A stretch of 46,418 nucleotides of DNA from Clostridiales bacterium UBA6330 (GCA_002438075.1 DJSQ01000188.1:1-46418), one strand, 5' to 3'. Shown: positions 1 through 9,278, numbered from the stretch's first letter. A program made the numbers and translations. The notes: generated from the letters alone by a model not told the origin.

Positions 1-308
1 GCATTCCCGAACGCGCGGGAACCACAATCACCGTGACCACCTCTAACGGCACCTATGACCTTTCCAAAGAGGCAACCTGCGTATTTACCTCTCTGCTTGC
101 CGACGAAAGCGGCAAAATGACCGCGAAAACGTCTTATGCGCTCGGCGGTCGCTACCTCATGGCGCTGACCGTTGAAAATATTCCGACCTCGGAAGGCAGG
201 CTCACCTTCACCGTGACCCCGTGGGTCGAGGAGGACGGCGTGCGGTACACGGGCGCACCTGTGGAGGTAATCTTTGACGCGGGAATCCCGCAGACTGCCG
301 AAAACTGA
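1..308 (+). CDS. 3' end of a CDS that begins upstream of the window; C-terminus of a probable secreted protein, function unknown
   Basis: Frame 3 is open from base 3 to the TGA at 306-308. The track ORF 33..308 starts at an internal GTG. No start or RBS is visible, so the gene is truncated by the window edge. Confidence 0.5.
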   Translation, partial: IPERAGTTITVTTSNGTYDLSKEATCVFTSLLADESGKMTAKTSYALGGRYLMALTVENIPTSEGRLTFTVTPWVEEDGVRYTGAPVEVIFDAGIPQTAEN

Positions 309-322
309 TGGAGGAACCGAAT

Positions 323-460
323 ATGAAAAAGCAATATCTGACCCCCGAAATGCGACAGGTCCTGTTTGAGGCAACCGACATTCTGACAATCTCTCCTGCG
401 GATAACAGCCTCGGCGATGTCATTGACTGGAACAACAAAAACGAGATTGAAAAGCTTTAA
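323..460 (+). CDS. micro-ORF, 45 aa: MKKQYLTPEMRQVLFEATDILTISPADNSLGDVIDWNNKNEIEKL
   Basis: ATG 323 is preceded by GGAGG (310-314); TAA at 458-460. It is below the track size cutoff. A paralogue lies at 5600..5746(-) in the same position relative to a large secreted-protein gene. Confidence 0.4.
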   Translation: MKKQYLTPEMRQVLFEATDILTISPADNSLGDVIDWNNKNEIEKL

Positions 461-486
461 CAATACAAAATGAGGAGGAATTTATC

Positions 487-1998
487 ATGAAAGCAACCAT
501 TCGCATCGCGTCCCTGATTCTGACCCTTTGTATGCTCTTTGCGCTGTCCGCCATTCTCATCGGTGCCGAGGGAGAGGATGCTCCCGCCGCGCCCGAGGTC
601 TGGGACGGAACCGCCGACACCTCGTGGTATGACCCCAACAGCACCGATAAGACCGTAACCCTGATGAATGCCAAGCAGTTGGCAGGGCTTTCCGAGCTGA
701 GCAAGACCGTGAATTTCTTTGAGTGGACCATCAAGCTCGGCGCGGACATCGTTCTCAACAGCGGAGACGCGGCAGACTGGGCAGAGACTGCTCCCGCAAA
801 CAGCTGGACCCCCATCTCCGAGTTCTGGGGCACGTTTGACGGACAGGGCTACACCATCAGCGGGCTGTACTTCCGTGACGATACCGCATATGAGGTCGGA
901 CTCTTTGCCCGTCTCAACGGCGGAACCGTTCGGAACGTGTCGGTTGTGAACTCCTACCTGTGCGGCAAGTATCAGATCGGTGCCATTGCGGGTATCATCG
1001 TGACCGTTTTCGGAACCATTGAGAATGTCTACAGTGATGCAATTCTGTATGCGTATCCCGCAAGCGGAGACAGCGTGCATGACGGTGCGCAGGCAGGCGG
1101 CATTCTCGGAGCCAACACCGCGCAGTACAGCGTAATCAACGGTTGCTGGTTTGACGGCAAGGTGGTCGGTATTGCCGATCAGATGGAAGGAAAAGAGATT
1201 GATTATACCGACAACAAGGCAACGCAGGTCGGCGGCATCCTCGGCGTTGGCACCAACTCGACCACGCTGAAGAATTGCTTGGTTACGGGCGCTGTTGAAG
1301 GGCACAGCCAGACCGGTGGTATGATCGGACGACTGATTGCCTCAAATGAGCACGTTCTGGAGAACTGCCTGTTCCTCGGCTCTGTCCGCCTGACCAGATG
1401 GACCGGAAACCGGATGTTCGCGGGCGAATTCGTTGGCATCGCATTCAACGGTGTCGGTCTGACCATCAAGAACTGCTATGGTGTTGACACTTATGAAGCA
1501 TCCTACCTTGTCGAGGACGGCGACAAAACCGACGCAAAATCGGCGTACTCCAGCAACGGAAACGCAAATCTGACGGCGGACAGCGTGTTTGGACGCCTGC
1601 CGCTTGCAGACCTCACCTCCGAGGCGGCAAAGACCAAGCTGACGGGCTTTGATTTCGAGACGGTCTGGAAGCAGGAGGACGGCAAAACGCCTGTGCTTGC
1701 GTCCCTTGCGTATGTTGCGGAGCATAAGACCTCCGATCAGGACCGAAAGGACCCGAATGATAAGCCGGAGGCCCCCAAGCCTCCCGTGAGCACCACCGAG
1801 GCTCCCACCGAGCCGCCGACAACTCCGTCGGAGAAGCCGTCCAATACACCAACGGATACCGAACCGACGCCTGCCGGAACCACGGAGGAGCCGAAGAACG
1901 ACAAGGGCTGTGCATCGTCGCTGTCCGGTGTCGCCATTCTCTGCCTGCCCGTCCTCGGCGTGTTGGTTGGTGTCAGGCTGAAGAAGAAAGAGGATTGA
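487..1998 (+). CDS. cell-surface protein with GLUG-like beta-helix repeats, Pro/Thr-rich stalk and C-terminal membrane anchor
   Basis: RBS GAGGAGG 472-478. Signal peptide (ASLILTLCMLFALSAILIGAEG). Recurrent GGILG/GGMIG/GAIAG motifs. PT-rich linker (PEAPKPPVSTTEAPTEPPTTPSEKPSNTPTDTEPTP). Terminal hydrophobic helix followed by KKKED. Confidence 0.75.
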   Translation: MKATIRIASLILTLCMLFALSAILIGAEGEDAPAAPEVWDGTADTSWYDPNSTDKTVTLMNAKQLAGLSELSKTVNFFEWTIKLGADIVLNSGDAADWAETAPANSWTPISEFWGTFDGQGYTISGLYFRDDTAYEVGLFARLNGGTVRNVSVVNSYLCGKYQIGAIAGIIVTVFGTIENVYSDAILYAYPASGDSVHDGAQAGGILGANTAQYSVINGCWFDGKVVGIADQMEGKEIDYTDNKATQVGGILGVGTNSTTLKNCLVTGAVEGHSQTGGMIGRLIASNEHVLENCLFLGSVRLTRWTGNRMFAGEFVGIAFNGVGLTIKNCYGVDTYEASYLVEDGDKTDAKSAYSSNGNANLTADSVFGRLPLADLTSEAAKTKLTGFDFETVWKQEDGKTPVLASLAYVAEHKTSDQDRKDPNDKPEAPKPPVSTTEAPTEPPTTPSEKPSNTPTDTEPTPAGTTEEPKNDKGCASSLSGVAILCLPVLGVLVGVRLKKKED

Positions 1999-2059
1999 CG
2001 GATACCCCGTGCGGTGTGACCTCAACGGTGACGGTTCCGCTTGCGGGATGAATCAAAGC

Positions 2060-2110
2060 AAAAAACAGGTCGCGGGGAAGGTTGCGCATGGCAACCTTCC
2101 CCGCGACCTG
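2060..2110 (-). terminator. intrinsic terminator between convergent genes (perfect 20-bp stem)
   Basis: CAGGTCGCGGGGAAGGTTGC (2066-2085) / GCAACCTTCCCCGCGACCTG (2091-2110). The A6 run at 2060-2065 gives a U-tract only on the minus-strand RNA, so it mainly serves 2117..3121(-). Confidence 0.65.
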
Positions 2111-2116
2111 CTTCGG

Positions 2117-3121
2117 TCAACGTGCAAGATATGTCTTTTCGATGATCGGAGCCAGCTGACGGGCAAAATATGCCAGCCCCTCCACCGTGAGGTGAATGCC
2201 GTCCGGTTTGGTGTAGTCCGCGTTTTGCAGGAGCGCGTTCATGTCGAAGAAATCAACCGTCAGCCCCTTTGCCGCGAGGAACGCGGGAATCCCTTTCTGC
2301 GATTCGACAATCGCGCGAATGGCACCGCCGACCGCGCCGTCCCGTTCCTCGAAAATCTCGGGGGAGGAGAGGAACAGAATTTTCACGCTCGGATTCTTCC
2401 GCCGCAGGGCTTCGGCAATCGTTTGCGCCGAGGCTTTGAACATTCCGTCGGAATAGGCATCCCATTGGTCGTTGCGGATGTAGCGCGCATCGTTGGTTCC
2501 GAGCATGACCGTTACGACATCCAATCCCGACGCATCCTTCAGGCAGGCTTTCCAGACCTCGGACTTGGTGTAGGCATTGCCCGCATCGGTCCGCATCTCG
2601 CGTCCGCCCTCGCCGTAGTTCGTCACCACCGCGTCCCGCCAGAGGAGATAGCCCAGCTGCTTCGGGTAGGTCAGGTAGTCGTAATTGTAGTAGCTTTCGT
2701 TCCAGCCGACCGTGATGCTGTCCCCGATGCAGCCGATGCGCGTCAGGTGATAGGTCCCGTCCAGTCGGAAGTCCGCGCTGAGGTCGTAGGTTGCCTTGCC
2801 CTTTGCGAGCGCATCGCGCAGGTGCGCCTCCAGCGCATCCAGGGCGTGCCACGTGTTGCCGTAGGTCTCCCCGCAGATTGCAAGCGTGCTTTTTACCGTC
2901 ATGATGCGGTAGCCGTCGGTCGGAAGCCCGCTACAAACCGTGTAGGTCGCGCTCCGCGAGGTCATGCCAACGGTGATTTCGTGCGCGGCGCTGTCGGTGT
3001 CCATGTCGCAGACGAGCTCCAGCCTTACGCCGCTGACTGCTTCGAGGATATCGCGCAGTCGCTCGGCGCTCTGCCTGTCAAAATCGCACATCGGCAAAGA
3101 GAACCTCGCCGTTCTCGGCAA
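2117..3121 (-). CDS. SGNH/GDSL family hydrolase (esterase/lipase-like) with an extra N-terminal domain
   Basis: Block I GCIGDSITVGW, block III LGTNDA, block V DGIHLT. An alternative start (MCDFD, 3091) would shorten the overlap with the upstream gene. Confidence 0.85.
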   Translation of the reverse strand: MPRTARFSLPMCDFDRQSAERLRDILEAVSGVRLELVCDMDTDSAAHEITVGMTSRSATYTVCSGLPTDGYRIMTVKSTLAICGETYGNTWHALDALEAHLRDALAKGKATYDLSADFRLDGTYHLTRIGCIGDSITVGWNESYYNYDYLTYPKQLGYLLWRDAVVTNYGEGGREMRTDAGNAYTKSEVWKACLKDASGLDVVTVMLGTNDARYIRNDQWDAYSDGMFKASAQTIAEALRRKNPSVKILFLSSPEIFEERDGAVGGAIRAIVESQKGIPAFLAAKGLTVDFFDMNALLQNADYTKPDGIHLTVEGLAYFARQLAPIIEKTYLAR

Positions 3122-4070
3122 TGCCCTTGAGCAGCTTATCCAGCATATCCTGACAGAGCGCGTATTCGGTGCGCTCGGTAAAGACCGGCTTGAGTGATTG
3201 GTCCTCCTGCGTCAGGAGCGTTGATTTGCCCGAGCCGAGGTAGAGAATGTAGGGGAGGGGACTTTCGGTCAGCAGCCCCCACTTGCTGTCTTTTGTCAGC
3301 GCCTCGCCACTTCCGTTGTTCAGGTCGGAGCGGTCGCGGAACATCGCGCACATGGTCTCATAGGTCCATTTCCCGTCCTTCACCACCTCCAGCGGAGAGC
3401 CGTAGGTGTCGTAGTAGCCCCAAAGACCCCAGAGCGAGCCGTTTGCCAGAACGCCGTAGGTGCAGAGCTCGTCAAAGACCGTGAAGTCGCCCTCAAGCGT
3501 GAACAGCTTGCCGTTGATCTGGTAGCCGGACTGAATCCGTTGGTCCCAATAGGACGCGCCGAGGTTCAGCCCCTCCAGCTTGTTCAGGTCCGCCACGTAG
3601 CCGTTCGGAATTGCCGAGGGCATAACGTCCGCCGCAATGGCGAGCACGATGTCGGCGGTATCCGCGCCGGAATTCATCATCATGGTCAGCTCGGAATTCA
3701 TGCCGTACTTTTTCTCCAGCTTTCTCATGTGAATCTTGATGTTGAAGTACTCCTCAAGAAAGCTGTTGCGGTTGTAGAATGCCCAGCTCAGGGTGGGGAC
3801 CGATGAGGTATCGGAATCCTCGTCATTGATGTACCGGCTTGTGTCCTGACCGCCGTCTATCACCATCCAGTAGTCCGCGCCCTTAAAATCCCCGCACACG
3901 GGGCGCTTGTCAGCCTCGCCTCCGCCCGTGGTCACGTCACCCGTAGGCTCGCTCCCCGCATCGGTCGTGCCCGCAGGGGGCGTTCCGTTGTCCTTTTTAC
4001 AGCCCGTCACCCCAACGGACAGCACAAGCACCGTCAGGCAGGCGAGCAGAAATGCCAAAATTCGCTTCAT
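3078..4070 (-). CDS. lipoprotein resembling an extracellular solute-binding protein (family 1-like)
   Basis: Start moved to MKRILAFLLACLTVLVLSVGVTGC (lipobox VTGC), with RBS GTGAGGAA upstream. SBP-like composition (YWDQRIQSGYQINGKLFTLEGDF). Confidence 0.65.
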   Translation of the reverse strand: MKRILAFLLACLTVLVLSVGVTGCKKDNGTPPAGTTDAGSEPTGDVTTGGGEADKRPVCGDFKGADYWMVIDGGQDTSRYINDEDSDTSSVPTLSWAFYNRNSFLEEYFNIKIHMRKLEKKYGMNSELTMMMNSGADTADIVLAIAADVMPSAIPNGYVADLNKLEGLNLGASYWDQRIQSGYQINGKLFTLEGDFTVFDELCTYGVLANGSLWGLWGYYDTYGSPLEVVKDGKWTYETMCAMFRDRSDLNNGSGEALTKDSKWGLLTESPLPYILYLGSGKSTLLTQEDQSLKPVFTERTEYALCQDMLDKLLKGIAENGEVLFADVRF

Positions 4071-4077
4071 GAATTCC

Positions 4078-5271
4078 TCACTTTCTTTCGTATGCGTGGT
4101 ACGGGTCATCCGTCAGCAGGTCGCGGCAGTCCGCAATCACATCCTCGAAAACGTCGGTTCCGTTCGCGCTCTTTTGCGAGAGCATTGCAACGCCGCCCGC
4201 ATCCCGACGGAAGCCCGCACGGAATACGGTGACAATCGATGAAAAATCGCCGTCCGCCTGGAATGCCGTCAGCACATAGTCCTTCGTCATGCTCACACCC
4301 GCGCTGTTTGTTGCATTATACCAGAACACATAGCAGTTGTTGAAGAAGCTCACCGCGTTGTGCGCCAGACGGAAGCCGACGCGGAAATGGTCGCTGTAGC
4401 AGAAATCGAACCAGTTGGTGCCCCATTCGTCCCAGAAGCCGCAGCTGTCGGCATAGTCCGAATAATCCGAGTAGTAGAGCGGGTGAATGTTGGTCAGCTT
4501 GTTCGCCGCGCCGCGCAGGTGCACGCCGATGTGAACCTTGCCGATGCGGATGTTGGTAAAGGTGTTGTCGTAGCCCTCTACGAAAATGCCTTTGGAATCC
4601 TTTGTTCCCGTGCCGATGATATTGCAGGAGGAAATGTCCGCATCGGAGGAGCCGCCGTTGATGCCGAACTTGACGTGAATTCCAATCGGAGTGTGCTTGA
4701 TGGACACCCCGCTGATGACGACTTCTCTGCCGCCGTCAATCGAAATGCCGTTTGCCACGCCCGCGCCGTTGACAATACCGCCCTTGAAGAACCAGTTGCT
4801 CCCGTTGCGGTCGGTATTGTTGACCTTGGAATCCTGCGCGCCGAGGCGAATCATGGCTTCCTTGCTCGTCCAGTAGTTACGGTCCGCCAGAATGACCGCG
4901 TAATTGGAAAGCTGCATGGAAACGCTCTTGGTCGGGTCGGCGGAGGTCGTAATGGGCTTGCGGATGAGATAGGTCCCATCGGGGAAGAAGAGCGTCCGAT
5001 TCGGGTTTTCGTTGATGAGCGTTTGCAGGGCATCGGTCACATCGGTCGAGCCGTCCGCCTTGACGCCGTGCTCGGTGACAACAAGGTAACCGAGACGGCT
5101 TTCGTCCGTATCGGGAGTGCTTTTGGTTTCTGCCATGGTGGTAATCTCCGTTTCGCTTTGCCGCCCGCTGTCGGTGACGGCGGGATTTGACCCCGCCGTG
5201 TTACATCCGACCAGCAGTCCCATAACTGCCGAGGCGGTGAGAAGTATGCTGATTGTTTTTTTGAATTTCAT
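4078..5271 (-). CDS. lipoprotein, pectate-lyase-superfamily / right-handed beta-helix protein
   Basis: Lipobox LLVGC. The N-terminal motif LGYLVVTEHGVKADGSTDVTDALQTLINENPNRTLFFPDGTYLI is typical of Pectate_lyase_3-type beta-helix proteins. Repetitive G/N/I-rich coils. Confidence 0.7.
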   Translation of the reverse strand: MKFKKTISILLTASAVMGLLVGCNTAGSNPAVTDSGRQSETEITTMAETKSTPDTDESRLGYLVVTEHGVKADGSTDVTDALQTLINENPNRTLFFPDGTYLIRKPITTSADPTKSVSMQLSNYAVILADRNYWTSKEAMIRLGAQDSKVNNTDRNGSNWFFKGGIVNGAGVANGISIDGGREVVISGVSIKHTPIGIHVKFGINGGSSDADISSCNIIGTGTKDSKGIFVEGYDNTFTNIRIGKVHIGVHLRGAANKLTNIHPLYYSDYSDYADSCGFWDEWGTNWFDFCYSDHFRVGFRLAHNAVSFFNNCYVFWYNATNSAGVSMTKDYVLTAFQADGDFSSIVTVFRAGFRRDAGGVAMLSQKSANGTDVFEDVIADCRDLLTDDPYHAYERK

Positions 5272-5328
5272 ATCTGACCCTTTCGTGTTTCGGGTTCGTT
5301 ATCCGAGGCTGTCGGTTCCGTTGGTGGC

Positions 5329-5592
5329 TTATGCAAACGGACCCCAGTCGGGTCCGTCTGCGGGGTTCGGTGCGGCGGTTGTTGTGTCGCTTGTCGCGTC
5401 GGTCGCTCGGTCGGATTCCGTCTCGGACGGAGCCGAGGGGGAGGGGAACTCCGTTTCCGTCTCCGCCTCGGTCGCGTCCGTTTCGGTCCCGCTGTCCCGC
5501 GGGATGGGGTCGGAGGAACCGCCACCCGTGCAGGCAGGGAGACACAAGGCAAGCAACAGTGCCGCAAGAAATGCCGCAATGCGTTTTTTCAT
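5329..5592 (-). CDS. small acidic, low-complexity lipoprotein (87 aa)
   Basis: MKKRIAAFLAALLLALCLPAC lipobox followed by a D/E/T/S-rich tail; co-oriented inside the minus-strand gene string. Confidence 0.5.
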   Translation of the reverse strand: MKKRIAAFLAALLLALCLPACTGGGSSDPIPRDSGTETDATEAETETEFPSPSAPSETESDRATDATSDTTTAAPNPADGPDWGPFA

Positions 5593-5599
5593 TGCTTCG

Positions 5600-5746
5600 T
5601 TACGGCTTTTGGATGCCGAGCCAATCCTGATTTGCCGAAATGATGTTTTCTTTGGCGGTCTCGTCCCAGACCGCGGAGGTGCGAATCAGGTCGGTTTCCG
5701 AGAGATTCATGACAGCCGCAATGGGAGCCTGATAATTCCGTTTCAT
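5600..5746 (-). CDS. micro-ORF, 48 aa: MKRNYQAPIAAVMNLSETDLIRTSAVWDETAKENIISANQDWLGIQKP
   Basis: ATG (complement of 5744-5746) is preceded by AGGAGGAAACGAAT and lies 14 nt after the stop of 5760..7514. The N-terminus parallels the micro-ORF 323..460. Confidence 0.4.
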   Translation of the reverse strand: MKRNYQAPIAAVMNLSETDLIRTSAVWDETAKENIISANQDWLGIQKP

Positions 5747-5759
5747 ATTCGTTTCCTCC

Positions 5760-7514
5760 TTATCCGATCTCGGTCACGGTCAGGTTGCTGACCTTGTAGC
5801 CAACGCCCGCAGTGCCAAAGCAAAGCTGTGCCTCGGTCAGGGCGACTGTGGTTGTGACATTGATTGTCCGAGATTGCGAGCCGCTTGCATTCCGCACGGT
5901 AACAGCAATCGTGTTTGCATCGGTGATCTCAAATGTCACATGGAGATTTTTCTGACTCCAGCCAAGATCGGGGGCAGAAGTTACAGATTGGACATTGAAG
6001 GTAAAGGTTCCGCTTGCCGCGCCGACCGCACCCAACTCGCTTGTGCCGAAAAGATAGGTCTGGAGCGCCACCGGTACATTTTTGGATTTCGTCATGTCAG
6101 TCCCGACATTCGCCAGCCAGAAGAATGCCTTGCTGTGACTTTTGTCTGACTTGAACGCCGTCAGATTCAGATCGAATTCCAGTTTCTGACCAACCTTTAC
6201 CGTCTTGTTTGCGGTAATATAGGTGGTAGCATCCATCACGGATCCGTCTTTTGCGGTTACCGCATCGCCGTAGGTTACGGAATCCTTTTCAACGGTCACA
6301 TAGTCCGCACCGGTTCCGCTGATGTAATCAAAGGTTCCGACCTCTGTCGTAGTCAGGTTGCTGACCTGATAGGACAGCGCCGCAGTACCAAGGCAAAGCC
6401 GCGCGTCGGTAATCGGGGTGGTTGTGGTAATCGTTTCGGTATAATACCCCGTGTTGTTACGCTCAGAGATGGTGACAACGACCGTGTTTTCATCCTTAAT
6501 ATAGAAGGAAATGTGCTCCTTCGTCTGATTCCACCGGAGAGAACCCGCTGCGCTTGCAACCTCTTTTGTTTCCATGCTGTTCCATGCGCCCTCGCCTGCA
6601 ATGCCGACACGCCCGACCTGTAAACTGGCGGTTCCGTACTCATAGATTTGCATCTTGGCAAATGCGTTTTCGCCATCTGTCATGTCCTTGCTCGGGTCGC
6701 CCAGCCAGAAATATGCCTTTGTCGGCTTTCCGGAGGCAAGCAGGTCCAAATCGAATTCCACCTTCATCCCGGGCTTTAATTCGAGGTTCGCTTTCACCAT
6801 CGTCTCGGTGTTCATATGGTTCGAGTCAAGCGCCGTTACGCCTGCCCCGTAGGTCACGGAATCCTTTGTAACGGTCATATAATCCGCGCCCGCAGCATCG
6901 GACTTGATGTAGGAATACGCGGGAAGCGTTCCCACATCGAGAATCGACTCCACAATCTCGTTTTCCTCGTAGCCCTCTTTGTTCTTGTAGATGCCTGCAA
7001 CCTCATAGAGCGACCGATTGTTCCCGCTGTTGTACGGCGCGTACATCGTATTGCTCTCGCCGTTCGTGTCGGTCACAATTGCGTAGGCTCTCGCGGCAAA
7101 CTTCATGTTCACGCTTGCGTAGGTCTTGGGCAGGTCCACCAGCGCCACGCGGAATGCCTTGCTGCCGTCGGTGTTCTCAACCGACCAACCCTTGCTCTCC
7201 GCGTTCACATAGTCACCCGCCACCATGCCCTCCAGCGTGAAGTCGTCCCCGATGCGGTCCGCGGGCGCAATCAGCATTCCGTAAACGGCACCCTCGCCCC
7301 ATGTTTCGAGGAAATCCGCCGCCACCGTTGCTTCAAAGCGGATTCCGTAGTTCTCTGCGGTTCGGATGGACGCACCCACGGTCATTGTGATTTGGTCCGT
7401 TACCATCGCCGCGTCTGTCCCGTCCGCTGTTGCGGCAAACGGGAGCACCCCCGCAAAGAGCAGGACCCCCGCAAGAAGCAGACCGAACACTCTTGTACTG
7501 CGTGTTTGTTTCAT
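5760..7514 (-). CDS. secreted protein with two tandem copies of a ~190-aa beta-rich (lectin/CBM-like) domain
   Basis: Start moved to MKQTRSTRVFGLLLAGVLLFAGVLPFAATADG (RBS AAAGGAGAG). The internal repeat runs Y(S/I)..DAAGADY(M/V)TV.KDSVTYG ... VG.K.EFDL.L ... (Y/F)FWL ... LC(L/F)GTA...Y.VSNLT.TE(V/I)G. Confidence 0.8.
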   Translation of the reverse strand: MKQTRSTRVFGLLLAGVLLFAGVLPFAATADGTDAAMVTDQITMTVGASIRTAENYGIRFEATVAADFLETWGEGAVYGMLIAPADRIGDDFTLEGMVAGDYVNAESKGWSVENTDGSKAFRVALVDLPKTYASVNMKFAARAYAIVTDTNGESNTMYAPYNSGNNRSLYEVAGIYKNKEGYEENEIVESILDVGTLPAYSYIKSDAAGADYMTVTKDSVTYGAGVTALDSNHMNTETMVKANLELKPGMKVEFDLDLLASGKPTKAYFWLGDPSKDMTDGENAFAKMQIYEYGTASLQVGRVGIAGEGAWNSMETKEVASAAGSLRWNQTKEHISFYIKDENTVVVTISERNNTGYYTETITTTTPITDARLCLGTAALSYQVSNLTTTEVGTFDYISGTGADYVTVEKDSVTYGDAVTAKDGSVMDATTYITANKTVKVGQKLEFDLNLTAFKSDKSHSKAFFWLANVGTDMTKSKNVPVALQTYLFGTSELGAVGAASGTFTFNVQSVTSAPDLGWSQKNLHVTFEITDANTIAVTVRNASGSQSRTINVTTTVALTEAQLCFGTAGVGYKVSNLTVTEIG

Positions 7515-7657
7515 TGTGGTTCTCTCCTTTTCTTCTCTGTTGTTTTTCCGCCGTTCGGTTTGGATTATTTTGGAATCGGCTGTTTTCATTTTTGTCTTGC
7601 TTTTCTTGCTTTTTCGCCTCCGTTCGGAAAAAGATTGCCGATTTTCTCAAAAAGTTG

Positions 7658-7686
7658 TTGACAAACCGCTCCGTCGGTTGTATAAT
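7658..7686 (+). promoter_or_regulatory. sigma-70-type promoter for the AraC-family gene
   Basis: TTGACA (7658-7663), 17 nt, TATAAT (7681-7686). An extended -10 (TGTTATAAT) for the divergent 584-aa gene is on the opposite strand around 7688-7696. Confidence 0.55.
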
Positions 7687-7762
7687 CATTATAACACACC
7701 GCCAAACAACACTCCACACCGATAGTGGAAATAAATGAAACAATATTGTCATCGGAGGTCCC

Positions 7763-9235
7763 ATGAGCCGCGAAAAGGTTGTTTACAACGTTGACCGCGT
7801 ACCAATCCGCCTGACCCATGAGGATTCGGAGCGCGCTACTTTTAGTTTCTACTTCAAAACCGAATACACCCGCGCCGACAATGAGCATACCCGCGATTGC
7901 ATCGTGGAGGCGCTTTCCGATATCCGCGTGGGGCAGACCGTTGAATTCGACTACGTGTGGCTTGCCAGCCGCACCTCGCAGGACCGCTTCTCGCAGGTCT
8001 GGTTCTGGCTCTTTGACGGTGCCGCAACGGATAATAACTACCGCCGCAACACGGTCAGCACCATGACCTTTCTCTACTACGGCAACGAGGATGCGTCCCA
8101 TGCGGCTTTCGGGACCGATTGGAGCCCGTTATCCTTCCTGTTTATGGGACCCGAAGCGCCGACGGGGATGCACTACGATGTCAGAAGGTATCATATCGCC
8201 ATTTCCGTGCGCGCCGCCGCGCAGGGCGGGACCGATTTTCACTACACGGTCACCGAGGCGGACAGAGGCTATCACGACAGCTACCGCACAACCGTCCACA
8301 GCGACCGCCCCATTCCGAACGGCTTGCGGCTGGTGTTCTCCTCCAACCGCACCGCCTACGGCATTTCCAATCTTTCCGTGAACCACGAATCGGTCTCTCA
8401 GCCGCGCCTCGGCGCACCGACCGCCGCGGCACAGGATTTTGTGGTGTTCAACGATTCCGCCCGCCGCGCCGTGCATTTTCACGAGCAGATTGAGATTTTG
8501 CAGGTTCGGAGCGGCTGTATGTCCTGCACGGTCAACGGCACCGACCTGACGCTTTCCAAAGGGCAAACCCTGCTCATCAACAGCAACATCCCGCACCGCA
8601 TCAAGTCGCAGACCGAGAATTCCGAGGTCACGGTGCTCGATTTCGATATCTACGATTGGATTGCGCAGTCCGATATGGAGAATGCCAAATATCCGTATTC
8701 CTTCCTCAGCCGCCACACCACCGTCCCGTACCGCATCTGGGACAGCACCGATGCACAGGAGCTGATTTCGCACATCTACCGTATCGCGGAGGAGACCGAG
8801 GCAAAGCGCCCCGCCTATCGGATGTTCGTCAAAGCCTATATCACATGGATTGCCGCCTACCTGTGGCGGGAGAATTTCCTGACCGACATCGACCTCGGCA
8901 AAAAGCCAGAGCTGAACCGCATTCTGCCCGCAATCCGCTTTATCGACGAGCACTATCACCAGCCCCTGACGCTGGACCAAATCAGCCGCGCGGTCCTGCT
9001 GGACCGCTCCTATCTCTGTAAGCTCTTCAAGCGCGCGACCGACACAACCCTGACCGACTACATCAACTATGTCCGTGTCCGCCGCGCCGCGGAAATGCTC
9101 CGCACCACCGACCGCAATTCCATGGAGATTGCCTACGCCTGCGGCTTTGCCTCCCAGCAATACTTCAACCGCATTTTCAAGCGCGAGTTCGGTCAGACCC
9201 CCAAAGCCTACCGCACAAGCCAGCGGATTGACTGA
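7763..9235 (+). CDS. AraC family transcriptional regulator with cupin sensor domain and an additional ~215-aa N-terminal domain
   Basis: C-terminal double HTH (LTLDQISRAVLLDRSYLCKLFKR...YINYVRVRRAAEMLRTTDRNSMEIAYACGFASQQYFNRIFKREFGQTPKAYR). Cupin (ILQVRSGCMSCTVNGTDLTLSKGQTLLINSNIPHRI). Confidence 0.9.
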   Translation: MSREKVVYNVDRVPIRLTHEDSERATFSFYFKTEYTRADNEHTRDCIVEALSDIRVGQTVEFDYVWLASRTSQDRFSQVWFWLFDGAATDNNYRRNTVSTMTFLYYGNEDASHAAFGTDWSPLSFLFMGPEAPTGMHYDVRRYHIAISVRAAAQGGTDFHYTVTEADRGYHDSYRTTVHSDRPIPNGLRLVFSSNRTAYGISNLSVNHESVSQPRLGAPTAAAQDFVVFNDSARRAVHFHEQIEILQVRSGCMSCTVNGTDLTLSKGQTLLINSNIPHRIKSQTENSEVTVLDFDIYDWIAQSDMENAKYPYSFLSRHTTVPYRIWDSTDAQELISHIYRIAEETEAKRPAYRMFVKAYITWIAAYLWRENFLTDIDLGKKPELNRILPAIRFIDEHYHQPLTLDQISRAVLLDRSYLCKLFKRATDTTLTDYINYVRVRRAAEMLRTTDRNSMEIAYACGFASQQYFNRIFKREFGQTPKAYRTSQRID

Positions 9236-9278
9236 TTCCGACGGAGAACACCGAAATTTTACGATAAGGAGACCAACC

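Noticed and set aside
3078-3121. 44-nt overlap of 3078..4109 and 2117..3121, considered as a frameshifted single gene or pseudogene
   Set aside because: The two products belong to different families (SBP-like lipoprotein and SGNH hydrolase) and each looks complete. Using the internal start at 3091 reduces the overlap to 14 nt.
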